64,000 nt of DNA from Eledone cirrhosa (taxonomy: Eukaryota). The position numbers and the translations under genes are program-made. Shown here piece by piece: positions 13,927 through 28,983 of this stretch (the stretch's first letter is position 1; each line of letters opens with the position of its first letter). The notes under the pieces were generated by a model. It saw only the letters and a list, made by a program, of their open reading frames with translations, did no database searches and was not told the DNA's origin. The stretch spans positions 58,404,001 to 58,468,000 of the forward strand of contig OZ024747.1 in the NCBI GenBank assembly GCA_964016885.1. Reading direction: 5' to 3'.

Positions 13927-14249
13927 GTATGTGCGTTTGTGTGCGGTTGTGTGTGTGAGATTATCCGACTAGTGAGTTAGTACTGAAATAGTTTTCAATA
14001 TTCCGTAGATACCTGTACTTCTAAAGTACTTCTCAGGCACAATCACCAAAATACATAATGTATATCAGTTTTTCAAATTATAAACGAGGCAGACAAATCT
14101 AATATACGTCAATATAATACGAAATAACTGTTATTCTGTTACGTTTTCTATTTCTAACTATTCTTGCATACATGTAGATAGTAACACTCGTATTTCTAGT
14201 TATGACAAATGGATAAACCCCCCCCCCCACACACACACAGATACATACA

Positions 14250-14280
<31 letters not shown>

Positions 14281-14284
14281 TCAT

Positions 14285-14315
<31 letters not shown>

Positions 14316-14826
14316 CATACACACCTATGTGTGTGTATGACTATACGTATGTATGAATGTATTTCTATATATGCATATATATATGTATATGTGCATATAT
14401 ACATATAAATATAAATAAACATACATATGTGTATGTATGTATATGTGTGTGTGTGTTAGTGCTTGAATTTACTGATGTGTTCATTCATTCTTTTATGTTT
14501 ATCTAAGAATTCCTTAGGAAAACTAAGATTGAATTGAAAATGAAATAACGTCGCCTCATGTAAGTAGAGAAATGCTGGAGGATATATAGGTAGAGAGATA
14601 TTTGAAATGAAAGTCCAATAGAAAGAATATTGGAATCGGGGATGTAGAGAGAGAGGACAAGATAACGTTGTGCCCTAAGACAAACTAAATGAGATAATAT
14701 CTATATAATTTCCAAACAGCCTCAAGTTAGAACAAACAACTGGCTTAGTTTAAAATGTATAGTGTTTTATTGTAACAAGACAAAATACGTTTCCACTAGA
14801 ACATAATTTTCCGTGATATTTGTAGC

Positions 14827-15500
14827 TTAGGTTTTTATGTTTGTAGCTAGTCTGGATCGCTGGGCTGGGCTTGTGAAAGTGTTGGTTACTAATGAAGAAA
14901 TGGTAGAGTTGGTAAGACTGATAGTGTGTGTAGATATTGTGCTTTTTCTCACGGGAACTGTTGGTGTTGGTCTTAGAGGTGTTAGTGGTAGTGTTTGTGA
15001 TAACGCTGGAGGAAGTGATGTTGTTCCTCGTGTTAGATTTAGCTCTGGTGACTGCGATGCGAATGTTGGCAGTATCGGTAGAGGTTCGGACGCCATGCTT
15101 TGACGCTCAGTTACGGCCCTTGCAATTCTGAGTTCAAATCCCGCCCAGGTTAACTTTGCCGTTCATCCTTACGAGGTCGATAAAATAAAGTACCAGTAAT
15201 ACACTGGGTAATTGCTGGCCTTGTGCCAAAAGTAGAAACAATTATTATATGTATGTTATTGATGAAAACCTGGTAATGTATGTGGTGGTGGTGGTGGTGG
15301 TGTCGAGTGTGCTGATGATAGAGGTGTTGGTCGTATTAAAAGTATTGTCTTTCGATGATAACCAAAGCCATAACAGTGGTGAGACAGCTAGAAAGGAATT
15401 AATACATGTTGTTGTATTTTTGATAAGGGTGATGCTATTGTTGTTGTTGTTGTTCGTGGTTGTAGTGGTAGTGGTGGTAGTGGCATTGAATTGGATTAGT
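14827..15500. repeat. GGT/GTT/GAT-rich low-complexity region interrupted by a SINE
   Basis: Degenerate trinucleotide runs that give spurious Val/Thr-rich ORFs. Confidence 0.55.
15066..15240 (+). mobile_element. tRNA-SINE family 1, near full length
   Basis: A box tggcagtatcggtagag, B box gagttcaaatccc, conserved body ending aaagtagaaac. Confidence 0.9.
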
Positions 15501-15559
15501 GTCTCTTGTTTAACTGTAATACGAATGTACTTCGAATGTATGCTTCGGCAATATTTGTT

Positions 15560-16119
<560 letters not shown>

Positions 16120-16192
16120 TATAAAATATATATATATATAATAAAATATACTTGATCACAAGAATATCTATTTTGTTAATATTTTGAATTAA

Positions 16193-16242
<50 letters not shown>

Positions 16243-16247
<5 letters not shown>

Positions 16248-16560
16248 ATGTTGACTTGTTCTTTTTGGTAAATATCATCTTGGTTAAGAGAGTGGGACTG
16301 GCTTTGTGCAGTGCCTTTGCTCACTATAAAACCTTCACGGCACAGGCATTGCTTTATATCTGGAGATCTCTCTGCACTTGTCGTCACATGGTACCATGGG
16401 CCCAGCACTATGTGTCAATAATTGTCACAAGTGTAGTGTTTGTACCAGAGTCTTCAAGTCGCTGGCTGGACTAAAATGTCACACTCGTTCAGCGCATCGG
16501 TAGGGGTTCTCCTACATGGATATAAAGTAGTGGCCGTACTCGAAAACGAGTTGACAGCCA

Positions 16561-16562
<2 letters not shown>
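16243..16562 (+). mobile_element. Inverted second copy of the 2729-3051 repeat
   Basis: Reverse-complement match over about 320 bp; flanked by (TA)n on both sides. Confidence 0.85.
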
Positions 16563-16641
<79 letters not shown>

Positions 16642-16794
16642 AAAGATTAGAGGTGTAACACACAAGTTATTATATATTGGTAAAGGAATAGAAAATGCTG
16701 ACAAATTGTTCACAGTTGAAAAATGGTTTAATTAGGAATACAAGAGTATTAGTGATTGTATGGGTTAGTATTCAGTTGTGGTTTTAAGTTTTTA

Positions 16795-16865
16795 AGTTTT
16801 TACCGGTTGCGCATTTCTAAATGCTTTTCAAAAATAATTTTGAGATAGAGTGTCCGTGCTGTTTG

Positions 16866-16867
<2 letters not shown>
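16795..16867 (-). mobile_element. Family B-related pLTR fragment with degenerate UUGAAAA HHR
   Basis: Minus strand TTGAAAA-GCAT ttagaa ATGC-GCAAC CG GTA (GAAA changed to GCAA). Confidence 0.55.
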
Positions 16868-16900
<33 letters not shown>

Positions 16901-16904
<4 letters not shown>

Positions 16905-17093
16905 AACGAGTAGGACCCTAACGGCTGAGCTCAAGTCGTTTCGACGGCTAATTCAGTCCAGACTTAGCCGTCGAAACGGTTTGAGCTCAGCCGTCGGGGT
17001 CCTACTCGTTCCTATTACCCACGCTACTACCCTAAGTATTGAGTACTTTGGTGCGTTATGGTCCATCTGGTTCCTTACCACATTTCCTTCGTT
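16901..17093 (+). mobile_element. PLE pLTR family D with fold-back (16901-17013) centred in HHR stem II
   Basis: taggaacgagtaggacc...tttcgacggcta / tagccgtcgaaac...ggtcctactcgttccta; flanked by (TA)n. Confidence 0.85.
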
Positions 17094-17373
17094 ATATATA
17101 TATATGTTTGGTGGTTCAGCACTGGATTGAACTGGTCACTCCACATAGTTAATCATGATGTGTTAGTAGGACAAGCTCTCGATGTTACGCAATTTATCCA
17201 TCTTTGATTTTGAATCTTGTTGTTGGTGTGGGAACAGTGTTAGTTATTAAAATTCGAAGGAATTTCACCTCCCCGGCGTCCTGTCATTTTACTCTATAAT
17301 ATCTATATGTATATGCATGTGTGTGTGTGAGTGTGTGTGTGTGTGTGAGTGTGTGTGTATGTGTTTGCGTGTG

Positions 17374-17407
<34 letters not shown>

Positions 17408-17422
17408 TGTGTGTTTGTGTGT

Positions 17423-17497
<75 letters not shown>

Positions 17498-18037
17498 CAT
17501 TTATTTCGAATTCGGTAAATAATTTAATTTAGTTTTAGTGAAACTTTAGATGAAAATGTATTTATATCCAACTAGTAACAAATTACTGTATAACGGAAAA
17601 TATAAATTTGAGAGGAAATCGACCAGGCACTCAAGATGGGTGAGGTTGTTGGGGAAAGGGCATCTAAATTTCGGTAATTAAACGATAACATCATAACAAA
17701 ATTCCATTATTCGTCACTTAGCAACAGCATGCATCAATGATAATTAGCAATAAAAATCTAACTTTTCATAGGCCCCCCTCCTTCCTAAAAATAACTGACA
17801 ACTAAGCAATTTATTGCACATCCGGAGATGAAACTTGCATCTGTGCTGACATGGAAATATAAAGTTTCTAACTGTTAATATGATTAATCAACTCCAATCA
17901 CGATTGATCGATGGGATTTCCAGTTTTATCGTCCTTCTGTCAAAAAGGTGGTTACGTTTAATAACAAACAGTAACGAGGGTGAATGTTATTGAAGTATGT
18001 ACTCACGTGAGGTACCAAGTACGCAAATACAAATCAG

Positions 18038-18068
<31 letters not shown>

Positions 18069-18270
18069 GCACTCTCTCTCTCTCTCTCTCAAACAGACCC
18101 TCTCTCTCACACACACACATATATATATACATATAAATATATATATAAATATATATACAAATATATATATATGTATATGTGTATATATAAATGTAATTAT
18201 AATACATATATATATATTATATAAATATATATATAGAAATATATATAAAAATATATACATGTATAAATAA

Positions 18271-18301
<31 letters not shown>

Positions 18302-19155
18302 ATGATTAATGCGTTCATTCGTATAAATTTTCGTCATGCCGAATCAGTGTACACACTTCCATTCTCAACATATCAACCGCAATGGCCGACTGGCACTCAT
18401 TTTATCAATACACCTATGGAGATACACATACACACATACAGGCACACACGCACAGGTACATACGAATGTGTCTTCTGTTTCACTTATGTTTTTAACTAAT
18501 AACGTTATTCTTAATTTATCTGTTTGTATTCAATTTACAATTTTTGACATTTCTGGCATGCAAATTATGTATGACATTATGTATGGAAATATATATATTA
18601 GTCATCTTGGTTTCGCATGAAGGTTTACCTACTAAACCAGAAGATATATATTTTCCATGTACTGTGGCGGTTACATTTGAAACCTTAGGTATCATACATT
18701 TGTGTTTAGGTCTTATTCGTATAATATATATATATATATACATATATTACACAGGGGGAAGCAAAATAATATATGTACATTTATATCTCCCTCCTGATTT
18801 TGCTGAGGTTAGGTGTGTGACGTTGTTTACAAACCGAAAACTTCATAGCAAAAAGCCTTCAAATGTTTTCTTTAAAATCCCGTATACAATATGTTCCATA
18901 TACAATACATACATTTATGTGTAAACCGCTATGTTGGATCACGAATATAATTGTTTACAAAATATATAGATAGATAGATAGATTGATAGAGGGGGGGGGA
19001 CAGAGACGTTTGTGGTGTGGGTGCATGTGCATATATCTATATGTCCATGTGTGTGTGTATTCATAGCTCTATCTTATATGATTACAAAATGAAATTTACA
19101 GTTTTTGATATTTGACCTCGCACATTTGCATGAATCCGCCCACCACACATGTACA

Positions 19156-19203
<48 letters not shown>

Positions 19204-19859
19204 TCAGGAAACACACGCACACACACACGAACACGTGCAACACGTGCTGCAATGCCATGATATGTACTTGGCTTTCCACAGATACTGAAATTAAATTTTC
19301 TCTCTTAGATACAACGGCCTCTTCTATCATTACCGGTGCTACGCCAGTACGAACTGTCAATTCTCGCCAAATATATATATAAAAAGAGAAAAATAATAAA
19401 TTTCAGTTAACGATATTTACTTTTATGAAATCACATACTCATAAAATGAATCTATCACTGGAGAAAATCGATAATTATTAACGTTGAACACTCTGATCAA
19501 TTTAGTCAAACAAATATTGGCACGGTTGTAGTAATTTACTTACTTTCTTTTTTCTCAAGTGCTGCAAACACCATTGGATCAACGCTAAACTTTTTCATGG
19601 CGTGAAGCATTCACTTATGCATTCATTAATTTTGATTACATTAGAATATATCAAGCAACTGGCTATATTTATCAGAATTTCGGAAGAAAAGAACGTAATT
19701 GGATTACTCAGTATTTCGTTTCTTGCAAATCATGGTTGTATGTGATTAAAATTTGCTAAATATTATTAGGCAACTCCAAATTATTTTACTAATCTATATT
19801 AAACATGGATATATATATATATAGAGAGAGAGATATAGATAAATAGATAGATAGATATA

Positions 19860-19987
<128 letters not shown>

Positions 19988-20096
19988 AATATATATATAT
20001 ATAAATTTATATAGATATATATATATATAAATATATATATGAATTTATATATAGAGATGTATATATATAAATATATATATATAAATGTATATATAG

Positions 20097-20129
<33 letters not shown>

Positions 20130-20242
20130 AATTTATATATAGAGATATATATATAAATATATATATAAATAATTATATAGAGATATATATATGAATATAT
20201 ATATATATATAAATATATATATATATTCATATATATATAGAT

Positions 20243-20273
<31 letters not shown>

Positions 20274-20317
20274 AATTTATATATAGAGATATATATATAA
20301 ATATATATATATATAAA

Positions 20318-20687
20318 TAACGAAGGAAATGTGGTAAGGAACCAGGTGGACCATAACGCACCAAAGTACTCGATACTTGAGGTAGTAGAGTGGGTAATAG
20401 GAACCAGTAAGACCCCGACAGCTGAGCTCAAGCCGTTTCGACGGCTAATTCTGGACTAAATGAAAATTTATCCTGGTATTTAAATAGCCGATCTTCTCAA
20501 GGGGTAATTCCATATATGGTCAAAGTGATTGTCAAAAATCAGTAGTAATTCTGTGGTTGCAAATTAGTAGGGGAGATGGTGGCTAGACCTGCCAGTAGGA
20601 GAAAGAGGGGAGGGGGTGGAGTAGACCCAATCAAGCGTTGGTAGTGCCAGCTACAGCTGGGCATGAGGTCAAAGAAGATACAGGGGA
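20318..20687 (-). mobile_element. PLE pLTR family D, longest copy in the window
   Basis: Matches 16965-17093, 25198-25345 and 51421-51545; embedded in (TA)n. Confidence 0.85.
20412..20505 (-). ncRNA. Complete hammerhead ribozyme with U3-A8 core (UUGAGAA) and extended stems II and III
   Basis: ACCCC-UUGAGAA-GAuCGGCUA...UAGCCGUC-GAAACGGCU UGAGCUC AGCUGU-C-GGGGU: 5-bp stem I, GUC cleavage triplet, palindromic GAGCUC in loop III. Confidence 0.8.
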
Positions 20688-20703
20688 TATAAATATATAT
20701 ATA

Positions 20704-20753
<50 letters not shown>

Positions 20754-20754
20754 A

Positions 20755-20787
<33 letters not shown>

Positions 20788-20991
20788 AATATATATATAA
20801 ATATATATATATAGATAAATATATATATAAATATATATATAAATATATATATATGTATATATATATATAGATAAATATATATATATATAAATATATATAT
20901 ATAAATATATATATATATAAATATATATATATATAAATATATATATATATAAATATATATATAGTTATATATATATATATATATATATGTG

Positions 20992-21080
<89 letters not shown>

Positions 21081-21081
21081 T

Positions 21082-21112
<31 letters not shown>

Positions 21113-21125
21113 CTATATATAAATT

Positions 21126-21158
<33 letters not shown>

Positions 21159-21470
21159 CTATATATAAATTTATATATATATATTTATATATATATATAT
21201 ATTTATATATGTAGATAAATCTACCAAGAGTTTACGGTAGTGTCCAATCCGTATGAAGAACTCAATGTATTCCGGATATCATGGAAAGAAGAGATGTAAT
21301 GAAAAATCACTTTCGGTGAAAGATAAACGGTATACAGAGTCAAGATATATTTATATATATATATCTATATATTTATTTATATATATATTTATATATATAT
21401 CTCTATATATAAATTTATATATAGATATAGATATATAAATATATATATATATATATAAATTTATATATAG

Positions 21471-21503
<33 letters not shown>

Positions 21504-21504
21504 A

Positions 21505-21537
<33 letters not shown>

Positions 21538-21538
21538 A

Positions 21539-21660
<122 letters not shown>

Positions 21661-21955
21661 ATATATATATGTATGTATATATATATATATATATATGCAA
21701 TATATATATATGTGCGCGTGTGTGCGTGAATTTGATTATATTTCTGGATAAGGCATTAACCATTTCCAGCGTTATACGTATATAGAAACGCACATATACA
21801 TACTCTTTTTTCACACATACAACATTTTTCCCTCTCCCTCTCTCCACATCTTTCTCCGTCTCTTTCACTTTCTGCCTCAATCTATAAACATTTATACTTA
21901 CATATACATAAATACATATATATATATGTGTCTGTGTGTGTGTATGCCTATATAT

Positions 21956-22021
<66 letters not shown>

Positions 22022-22039
22022 TCTTCCATTACTTTCTTT

Positions 22040-22300
22040 AAAACATCCAACATTAGATTCAATGCTGTCTTCGGCCCAGTTTTGTATTTCATAAAATCTT
22101 ACAGTGGACATACACCAGTATCTCGGATATTATATAACCTTTTGCATAAAAGTGCATTCCCGGTTGTAATCACGTGGCTTCTGGATTTTAAATATTCATG
22201 TCAGCTCCTTTCTGGCTAGTTTGTGTCTTATTCCATGATCCATTTTATCAAAGGTCATCGCAAAGTTTGGATATATTGCATTAGCTGTTTCAATATTTAG
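22040..22300 (-). pseudogene. Degenerate LINE (CR1/Jockey-like) reverse transcriptase fragment
   Basis: Minus translation NAIYPNFAMTFDKMDHGI resembles DVIYLDFAKAFDKVDH; downstream [19 protein letters not shown] resembles IYQWAxxNxMxFNxxK. Confidence 0.6.
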
Positions 22301-23553
22301 TCATAATACTGTAAAAAAAAGCACGTTAGCAGTAAATTATTTTCTATTAATAAATTTATTTGTTTCTCTCTGATATTCCATTCCATATCTTTGCTGATAT
22401 GTGATATCAGAGATGTAGACTTGTGAATTTTAGCGTGGATATAACCACTCCGCCAAAAAAAAAAGCCATCTGAACTAGTTTTGTTAAAAATTATTTACAT
22501 ATTTTCATGAGAATTTGTCTGAGTTCACCAGTGCAGTTAGCTGAATAACAACTCATTTCATATGTGGTGGATATATTATATCTTGTTTCGCTTATCTTTT
22601 GTTTAATTTGTGGTTGTCATTTCTCTATATCGATCTGTAGTGTCTAAAGGCTCACCTCGCCTGACACATTTCATAGAATGTGTCAAAACGGCGTGGTGAA
22701 ATTACGTTTAAATTTTTTATTCGACATTTCATGAATTTCTATGTGGGTCTGAAGATAACGAGACGTTTTTTTTTGCAATCGTCGGAAAAGGACACTATTA
22801 GAAATGTGTAGAAAACTTTTAGGTTTATTTTACATGTTATACAAAACTAAATTTTATTTCTGCTTTTTCCTTTTTATTTGTGTTTTTCGGTTTATCTTCT
22901 ATGACTTAAGGGATGATTTTTAAACAGGATATTTCGGTCGTAGTTAATGTAGGTTATTTAATATCTGTAATCATTGCCGTTTTTCATGTATGGTGTCTTA
23001 TCTACCAGAAACAAACTAGTGATGACGTTGCCCGAGGTTTACATAGTATTGAAGCACATATACATTTGACCTAATTAGTTTCGGGGATCATTTGCTGATT
23101 CAAAATCCAGTTATCTTCATGAAATTCCAGTTATAATAAATTTCGAAGAGTTCCTGTAAGACCCATATCTCCGGCTTTCTTTAGAAAATCTCATTTATCT
23201 TTGAAAATAAACACATGCCCCGTGCCTTTACAAATTAAATGCTGTGATATCGGCAAAGGGGATACAAACCTATGAAATCCTGCTATTCTAATTGTCGAGA
23301 GATGAACGAATTTCTCTGAATAGAATGATAACAACATTATTTCTTACAATTTAGATTTTTTTTCATCATTTTATTATCGAGCTTCAGGTATGTGGTATAC
23401 ACAACACTTCATACATATTTGTGTTTACTTGCTAGATATCTGTTTTATCTAATTAATAGCCCCTCTCATGATATAATGTAAAAAGCACACACTCACACGC
23501 TGAGAGAGACTGCGGCAAAACACATACAAAATTAAATGTGTATTATTATGTAT

Positions 23554-23603
<50 letters not shown>

Positions 23604-23760
23604 AGATACATGTATATAGATATATATATGATTATATATATATATATATGTATATATGTATATATGTATTTATGTGTTTGTGTGTGTGTGTGTGTGTATG
23701 TGTAGATATATGTATATAGATATATATAATTATATATATATATATGATTATATATTATAT

Positions 23761-23841
<81 letters not shown>

Positions 23842-23843
23842 AT

Positions 23844-23963
<120 letters not shown>

Positions 23964-24725
23964 ATATGTATTTATGTGTTTGTGTTTATGTGTTTGTGTT
24001 TGTGTGTGTGTGCGTGTGTGTATTCCCATACACTAGCTTATACTTGGCAGATACATTTCATGTCGCTAAAAATTCAGCGTACGTCATATTCAGATCATGA
24101 AGGAATTTAGAGATAATCAAATAATTATAATTGCATTTTTCTATGGAAGAATGTAAGAATATATTAGAACGTCAGCCTCATTCACGCAATACTTTGATTC
24201 ATAAGTAGAAACAAGGACATTTTAAAGCTGTTATTAAAGGATGTGGAAGTTTTAGATATTACTATATCGCGTAAATTGTCACAAGCAATTATCTTGTTAA
24301 TACGTTTACCTGTATTTATCATTCCTCATGTTTTATCTCTCAGTTGTATTTGTTAATGTTAGTGATTGCCACATTTCCAGCTTGTGACGTTAATTTTCTG
24401 AGCTATATATGCCTGTGTATTATATTCATAGAGGTAGAGTTGTGTGTAAGTGTACAGGTATCTATTTATGTTTACCTGTATCTGTGTGAATATATATGTA
24501 TATATATAACACTCAACATTTAATATTCTACCATACTATTTCATTCTAATACCATTATACATTTTAAATGTGTGCATGTATGTATGTATATATATATACA
24601 TACTACTTGAAGTCTGTATACATATATGTATGTACGTATACATACTTACCTTTATGTAACAGCCGTACTAAGAGTGGAAAATGAAATTTCGTTTCATTTT
24701 TTCCGTTTATATATCTATCTATCTA

Positions 24726-24798
<73 letters not shown>

Positions 24799-24802
<4 letters not shown>

Positions 24803-24897
24803 TTATTAAAATAACAGATTAAAGTTTAAGCAAAGAATCGCTGCTTTCACCCTTAACGGGATCTTCTGAAACTAACAAAGTCAATCTGTAAACGCAG
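24799..24897 (-). mobile_element. PLE pLTR family E with HHR-like fold at 24823-24873 (CAGAAGA core)
   Basis: AGUUU-CAGAAGA-UCCC GUUAA GGGU-GAAAGCA gcgauucuu UGCU-U-AAACU. Confidence 0.75.
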
Positions 24898-24935
<38 letters not shown>

Positions 24936-24982
24936 ATATATTATATATATATATTATATATATATATATTATATATATATAT

Positions 24983-25477
<495 letters not shown>

Positions 25478-25478
<1 letters not shown>

Positions 25479-26256
25479 CAAAAAATGCAGGTGAAGATGT
25501 GGGCTGTGTCGTTACTGAAAACGAAGGGTTGGAAGGTAAACGGGACGTAAACAAGAGAAGAAAAGTATACCTTCATCAGCTGTTTACTACAGATCATAGA
25601 TGTTTCGGTGCTTAAAACAGAACGACCATCTGTAGTGCGCCTATGGCCTTTTATCCATCAAAAGACCACGAAGGAAAGAAGTGATAGTGAAGAGAGAAGA
25701 AGAAGAAGAAAAAAAAGGAAAAGAGGAAAAAAACGAAGTAAACATACCGATATAGGTTGGGACAGGACAATGTAAAATAACCGAAGAGAAAGTGGAATAA
25801 GTTACGCCGACGGCTATACGCCCTTTGGCGGTGAAAACAGCGGAGCAAGTTTTTTCTGTGGCCATCTCAATAAAGTGAGGGTAGAGAGAGAAAGACGGAG
25901 GAACCGGAAGTGAGAATGGGTGAGCAAGATTTACAGAAAGAGAGGGGGAGAAAAAAAGGGAGTTAATCCAAAATGGTTTTACGACACTTGAGACCAGGCC
26001 GAAAAAAACAAATGGATAGAGAGAGAGAGAGAATGGGAGAAAGAGAGAGAAAAGGAGGGAGAGAAAAATAGGGAGTCGATCCGAAAGACAAATCGATTAA
26101 GACAGGCAGAGAGGTCACAGCAGTAAACACAAAAATACAGGTGAAGAGTTGGGCTGTGTGGTTACTAAAAACGAAGGGTTGGAAGGTAAACGGGACATAA
26201 ACAAGAGAAGGAAAGTATCCCTTGATCAGCTGTTTACTGCAGATCATAGATGTTTC
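25478..26256 (-). mobile_element. PLE-like fragment with about 125-bp direct repeats (25478-25605, 26131-26256)
   Basis: Duplicated caggtgaaga...gggctgtgt.gttact.aaaacgaagggttggaaggtaaacgggac...atcagctgtttact.cagatcatagatgtttc. Minus strand has cagCTGATGAagg; partial-tandem arrangement typical of pLTRs. Confidence 0.6.
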
Positions 26257-26416
26257 TGGTGGTTATGTAATTAATGAACATAGAAATTTAGTGACGAAAG
26301 GACTCGTTACTAAACGTAGAGTGAGTTTTATTATATAGAAGAGCTTCGCTGGTAATTCAACTTTCTTCTGTCTAAGGTTACGTTTTAAAAAGCATTGACA
26401 ACTATTAAATTTGAAG

Positions 26417-26477
<61 letters not shown>

Positions 26478-26870
26478 GAGAGAAAGAGAGACAGAGAAAG
26501 AGAGAGAGAGAGAGATTGATAGGTTGTCTATGTACTTTTGTTGAGTGGATATAGACATGTGTTACTTATTTTAATATATGATATTATATTGTATTAATAA
26601 TGTTTCTTTCATAATCTCATGGATAAATGCTATTTCGACAGCAAACTTCTCAAATGATAATACCCTTTTCGAATAAATGTAATCCCATGTTTATCTGCAT
26701 ATCTGCATATGTGTGTATATATCTGTTGACATTGTTTGTTTGTCTGACAAATATATAATTAATGATGTTCACAGCTTCTAATAAAAAAAGAAATAATTTA
26801 CATAGTATATGTACAAAACAGCTATGACACATTCAGGTTCTGAAAAAACAAATATATATATATATATATA

Positions 26871-27091
26871 GTAATAAATATATTTGAAGACTAAAATCCA
26901 AAGAGGGCTCGATAAGGATAAATATATATCAAATATATAAGAACCGTAGAGCAAATATTTATTAAAATAACAGATTAAAGTTTAAGCAAAGAATCGCTGC
27001 TTTCACCCTTAACGGGATCTTCAGAAGATCCCGTTAAGGGTGAAAGCAGCGATTCTTTGCTTAAACTTTAATCTGTTATTTTAATAAATAT
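26871..27091. repeat. Family E pLTR with perfect 68-bp-arm palindrome (26955-27022 / 27024-27091), 1-nt centre inside the HHR core
   Basis: ...cccttaacgggatcttc-a-gaagatcccgttaaggg... Confidence 0.9.
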
Positions 27092-27160
27092 ATATATATA
27101 TATATATATATCAATATTTGATGAACATTTACATTTACATTTACATTTACGTTTACATTT

Positions 27161-28671
27161 ACGAATATTACTCATCGATATCACCTGAAACTTTGAATAG
27201 AGCCATTAAGTTTGCTAAGGATAACTCTGACCTTACAAACGATGAAATTAAGATTATATTAGAAGCTAGGAAAACTATAGTCAAATTTGAGAACAGTTAT
27301 TGGGTACGTAAAGATAGACCCTCTAACTTTGACATAACAATGGGCTCTAACGATTTGGCGGAAATAATTGATATTGTGGGGTTATTTATCGCCTTTAGAC
27401 TCCAGGAAAAATTCAGCAATCTCCACGGCGGAATATACCGCGACGATGTTCTCCTCCTAGTTAAAAACCTAAATAACCAAAAACTAGAAAAACTACGCAA
27501 AGATATAAGAAAACTACTACTCGAAATAGGACTAACTATAACATATGAATACAACCTTAAAGTAGTTAACTTCCTGGATGTCACACTCAATTTAAACTCT
27601 GGTCTGATTAAACCGTTTCATAAATTGAATGAAAATCTCAAATACGTAAATCTATCCCTAAAAATATTTCCCTTAGAATCTCGGGTCTATCTTCTAACAT
27701 ACAAGTATTTAAGGAACACGCCGAGTACTACGATAACGCCCTTAGTAAAGCAGGCTACCTCAACAAAATAGAGTATATAGATGAGAACAATCAAAACACC
27801 CAAAATAAATCCCACATAGGTAGATATAATAACACAACACCAAACCACACTTACTACCATAGTATACACACCAGTAAACCAACAAACAAAACTAATAGAA
27901 AGCGATGCAAAGAGTACTTATGGTATAACCCCGAATACAATAGTTCCATTAGTACAAATTTACCAGTACTCTTCTTTAAAATAATTAAGAGACATTTTCC
28001 TACATCACACAAATACCACTAAATCCTAAACCCTACCACTATAAGACTGTCATACTCTACAGCGTTAAACCTTGAACAACACATAAAAAAGATCAATACT
28101 AGAAGGTTAAACGAAAACACTAAAAACTTAAGTACAAAGAACACAAAAAAAAACAGTAGACAATACACTACAGAACATAAATAAACCACACCTAAGTTCG
28201 TCCGCAATACTACTCCAGAGAAAACCCAACGTACACAACTGTAACTGCACCTATCCTGACAACTGCCCCCTCGGCAATAACTGCCTGGAAAAAAATATTA
28301 TTTATAAGTGTACCATTAAATCCGGAGGCAACGAGTGGTATTACGTGGGATCAACGGCAACATCGTTTAAATCTCGATTATATAGGCATTCTCACTCAAT
28401 AAAACACCAGAGCCAAAGAAATGTAACAACTTTAGTAGAAAAAGCTTGGACGCTCAGGGATAGCGATCAAAAGTTTACCCTAAAATGGGAGAAATTAACT
28501 AAAAGCCAAAGCTTTTCCAGGAGCCAAAATTTCTGCAAATTGTGTAATCTTGATATTTATTACATAATCACACACAAGAGGAAATTGCTGAATAACAGAA
28601 TTGAACGAACATTATTCTGCCGTCACCGAACTAAAACCCTTTTTTCCCACTACAAGCTGAATATTACATAA
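27161..28671 (+). pseudogene. Penelope-like retroelement, Naiad type, RT + GIY-YIG ORF, 5'-truncated and disrupted
   Basis: RT motifs YYSSI, FDITMGSNDLAEIIDIVG, IYRDDVL, NFLDVTLNL. After a frameshift: IPKNISLRISGLSSN..ALSKAGY, then WYNPEYN...KRHFP..H*..RLSYS. Endonuclease CNC..CPL..C-IIYKC-YYVGST-FKSR..H..CKLC..LNNR..CRH. The SNHP motif is deleted; stops and frameshifts present. Confidence 0.92.
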
Positions 28672-28793
28672 AAGAGGGACATCCCCCCAACTATATAAAC
28701 CTCAATCTAGTTAGAAAAATATAAAAACAATCTCTTCTCAACATATATATGTATATTAATAACCTTAAATTACCACTCTAATAACGGAAAGAT

Positions 28794-28830
28794 ATGCTGA
28801 TGAGAATAGGTGCAAATATGCGATAATGAA
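28794..28830 (+). ncRNA. Degenerate hammerhead in the 3' pLTR of the Naiad-type element
   Basis: CTGATGA-GAATA ggtgcaaa TATGC-GATA (GAAA mutated), about 125 bp after the ORF stop, where a pLTR HHR is expected. Confidence 0.35.
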
Positions 28831-28949
28831 TGTGTCTAAAAGCGACCATAAGTATGTATATATATGTGAAAATGTATATAAATAAGTAAATATATATATA
28901 TGTTTGATGTGTATAGTTAGATGTAAGTGTATTCATGTATTAAAGTGCT

Positions 28950-28983
<34 letters not shown>

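Noticed and set aside
15066-15145. tRNA gene calls at SINE heads
   Set aside because: A and B boxes are present but there is no complete cloverleaf, and each continues into the shared SINE body.
19260-19375. Protein-like short frames on both strands
   Set aside because: Ambiguous strand and splice sites; insufficient evidence.
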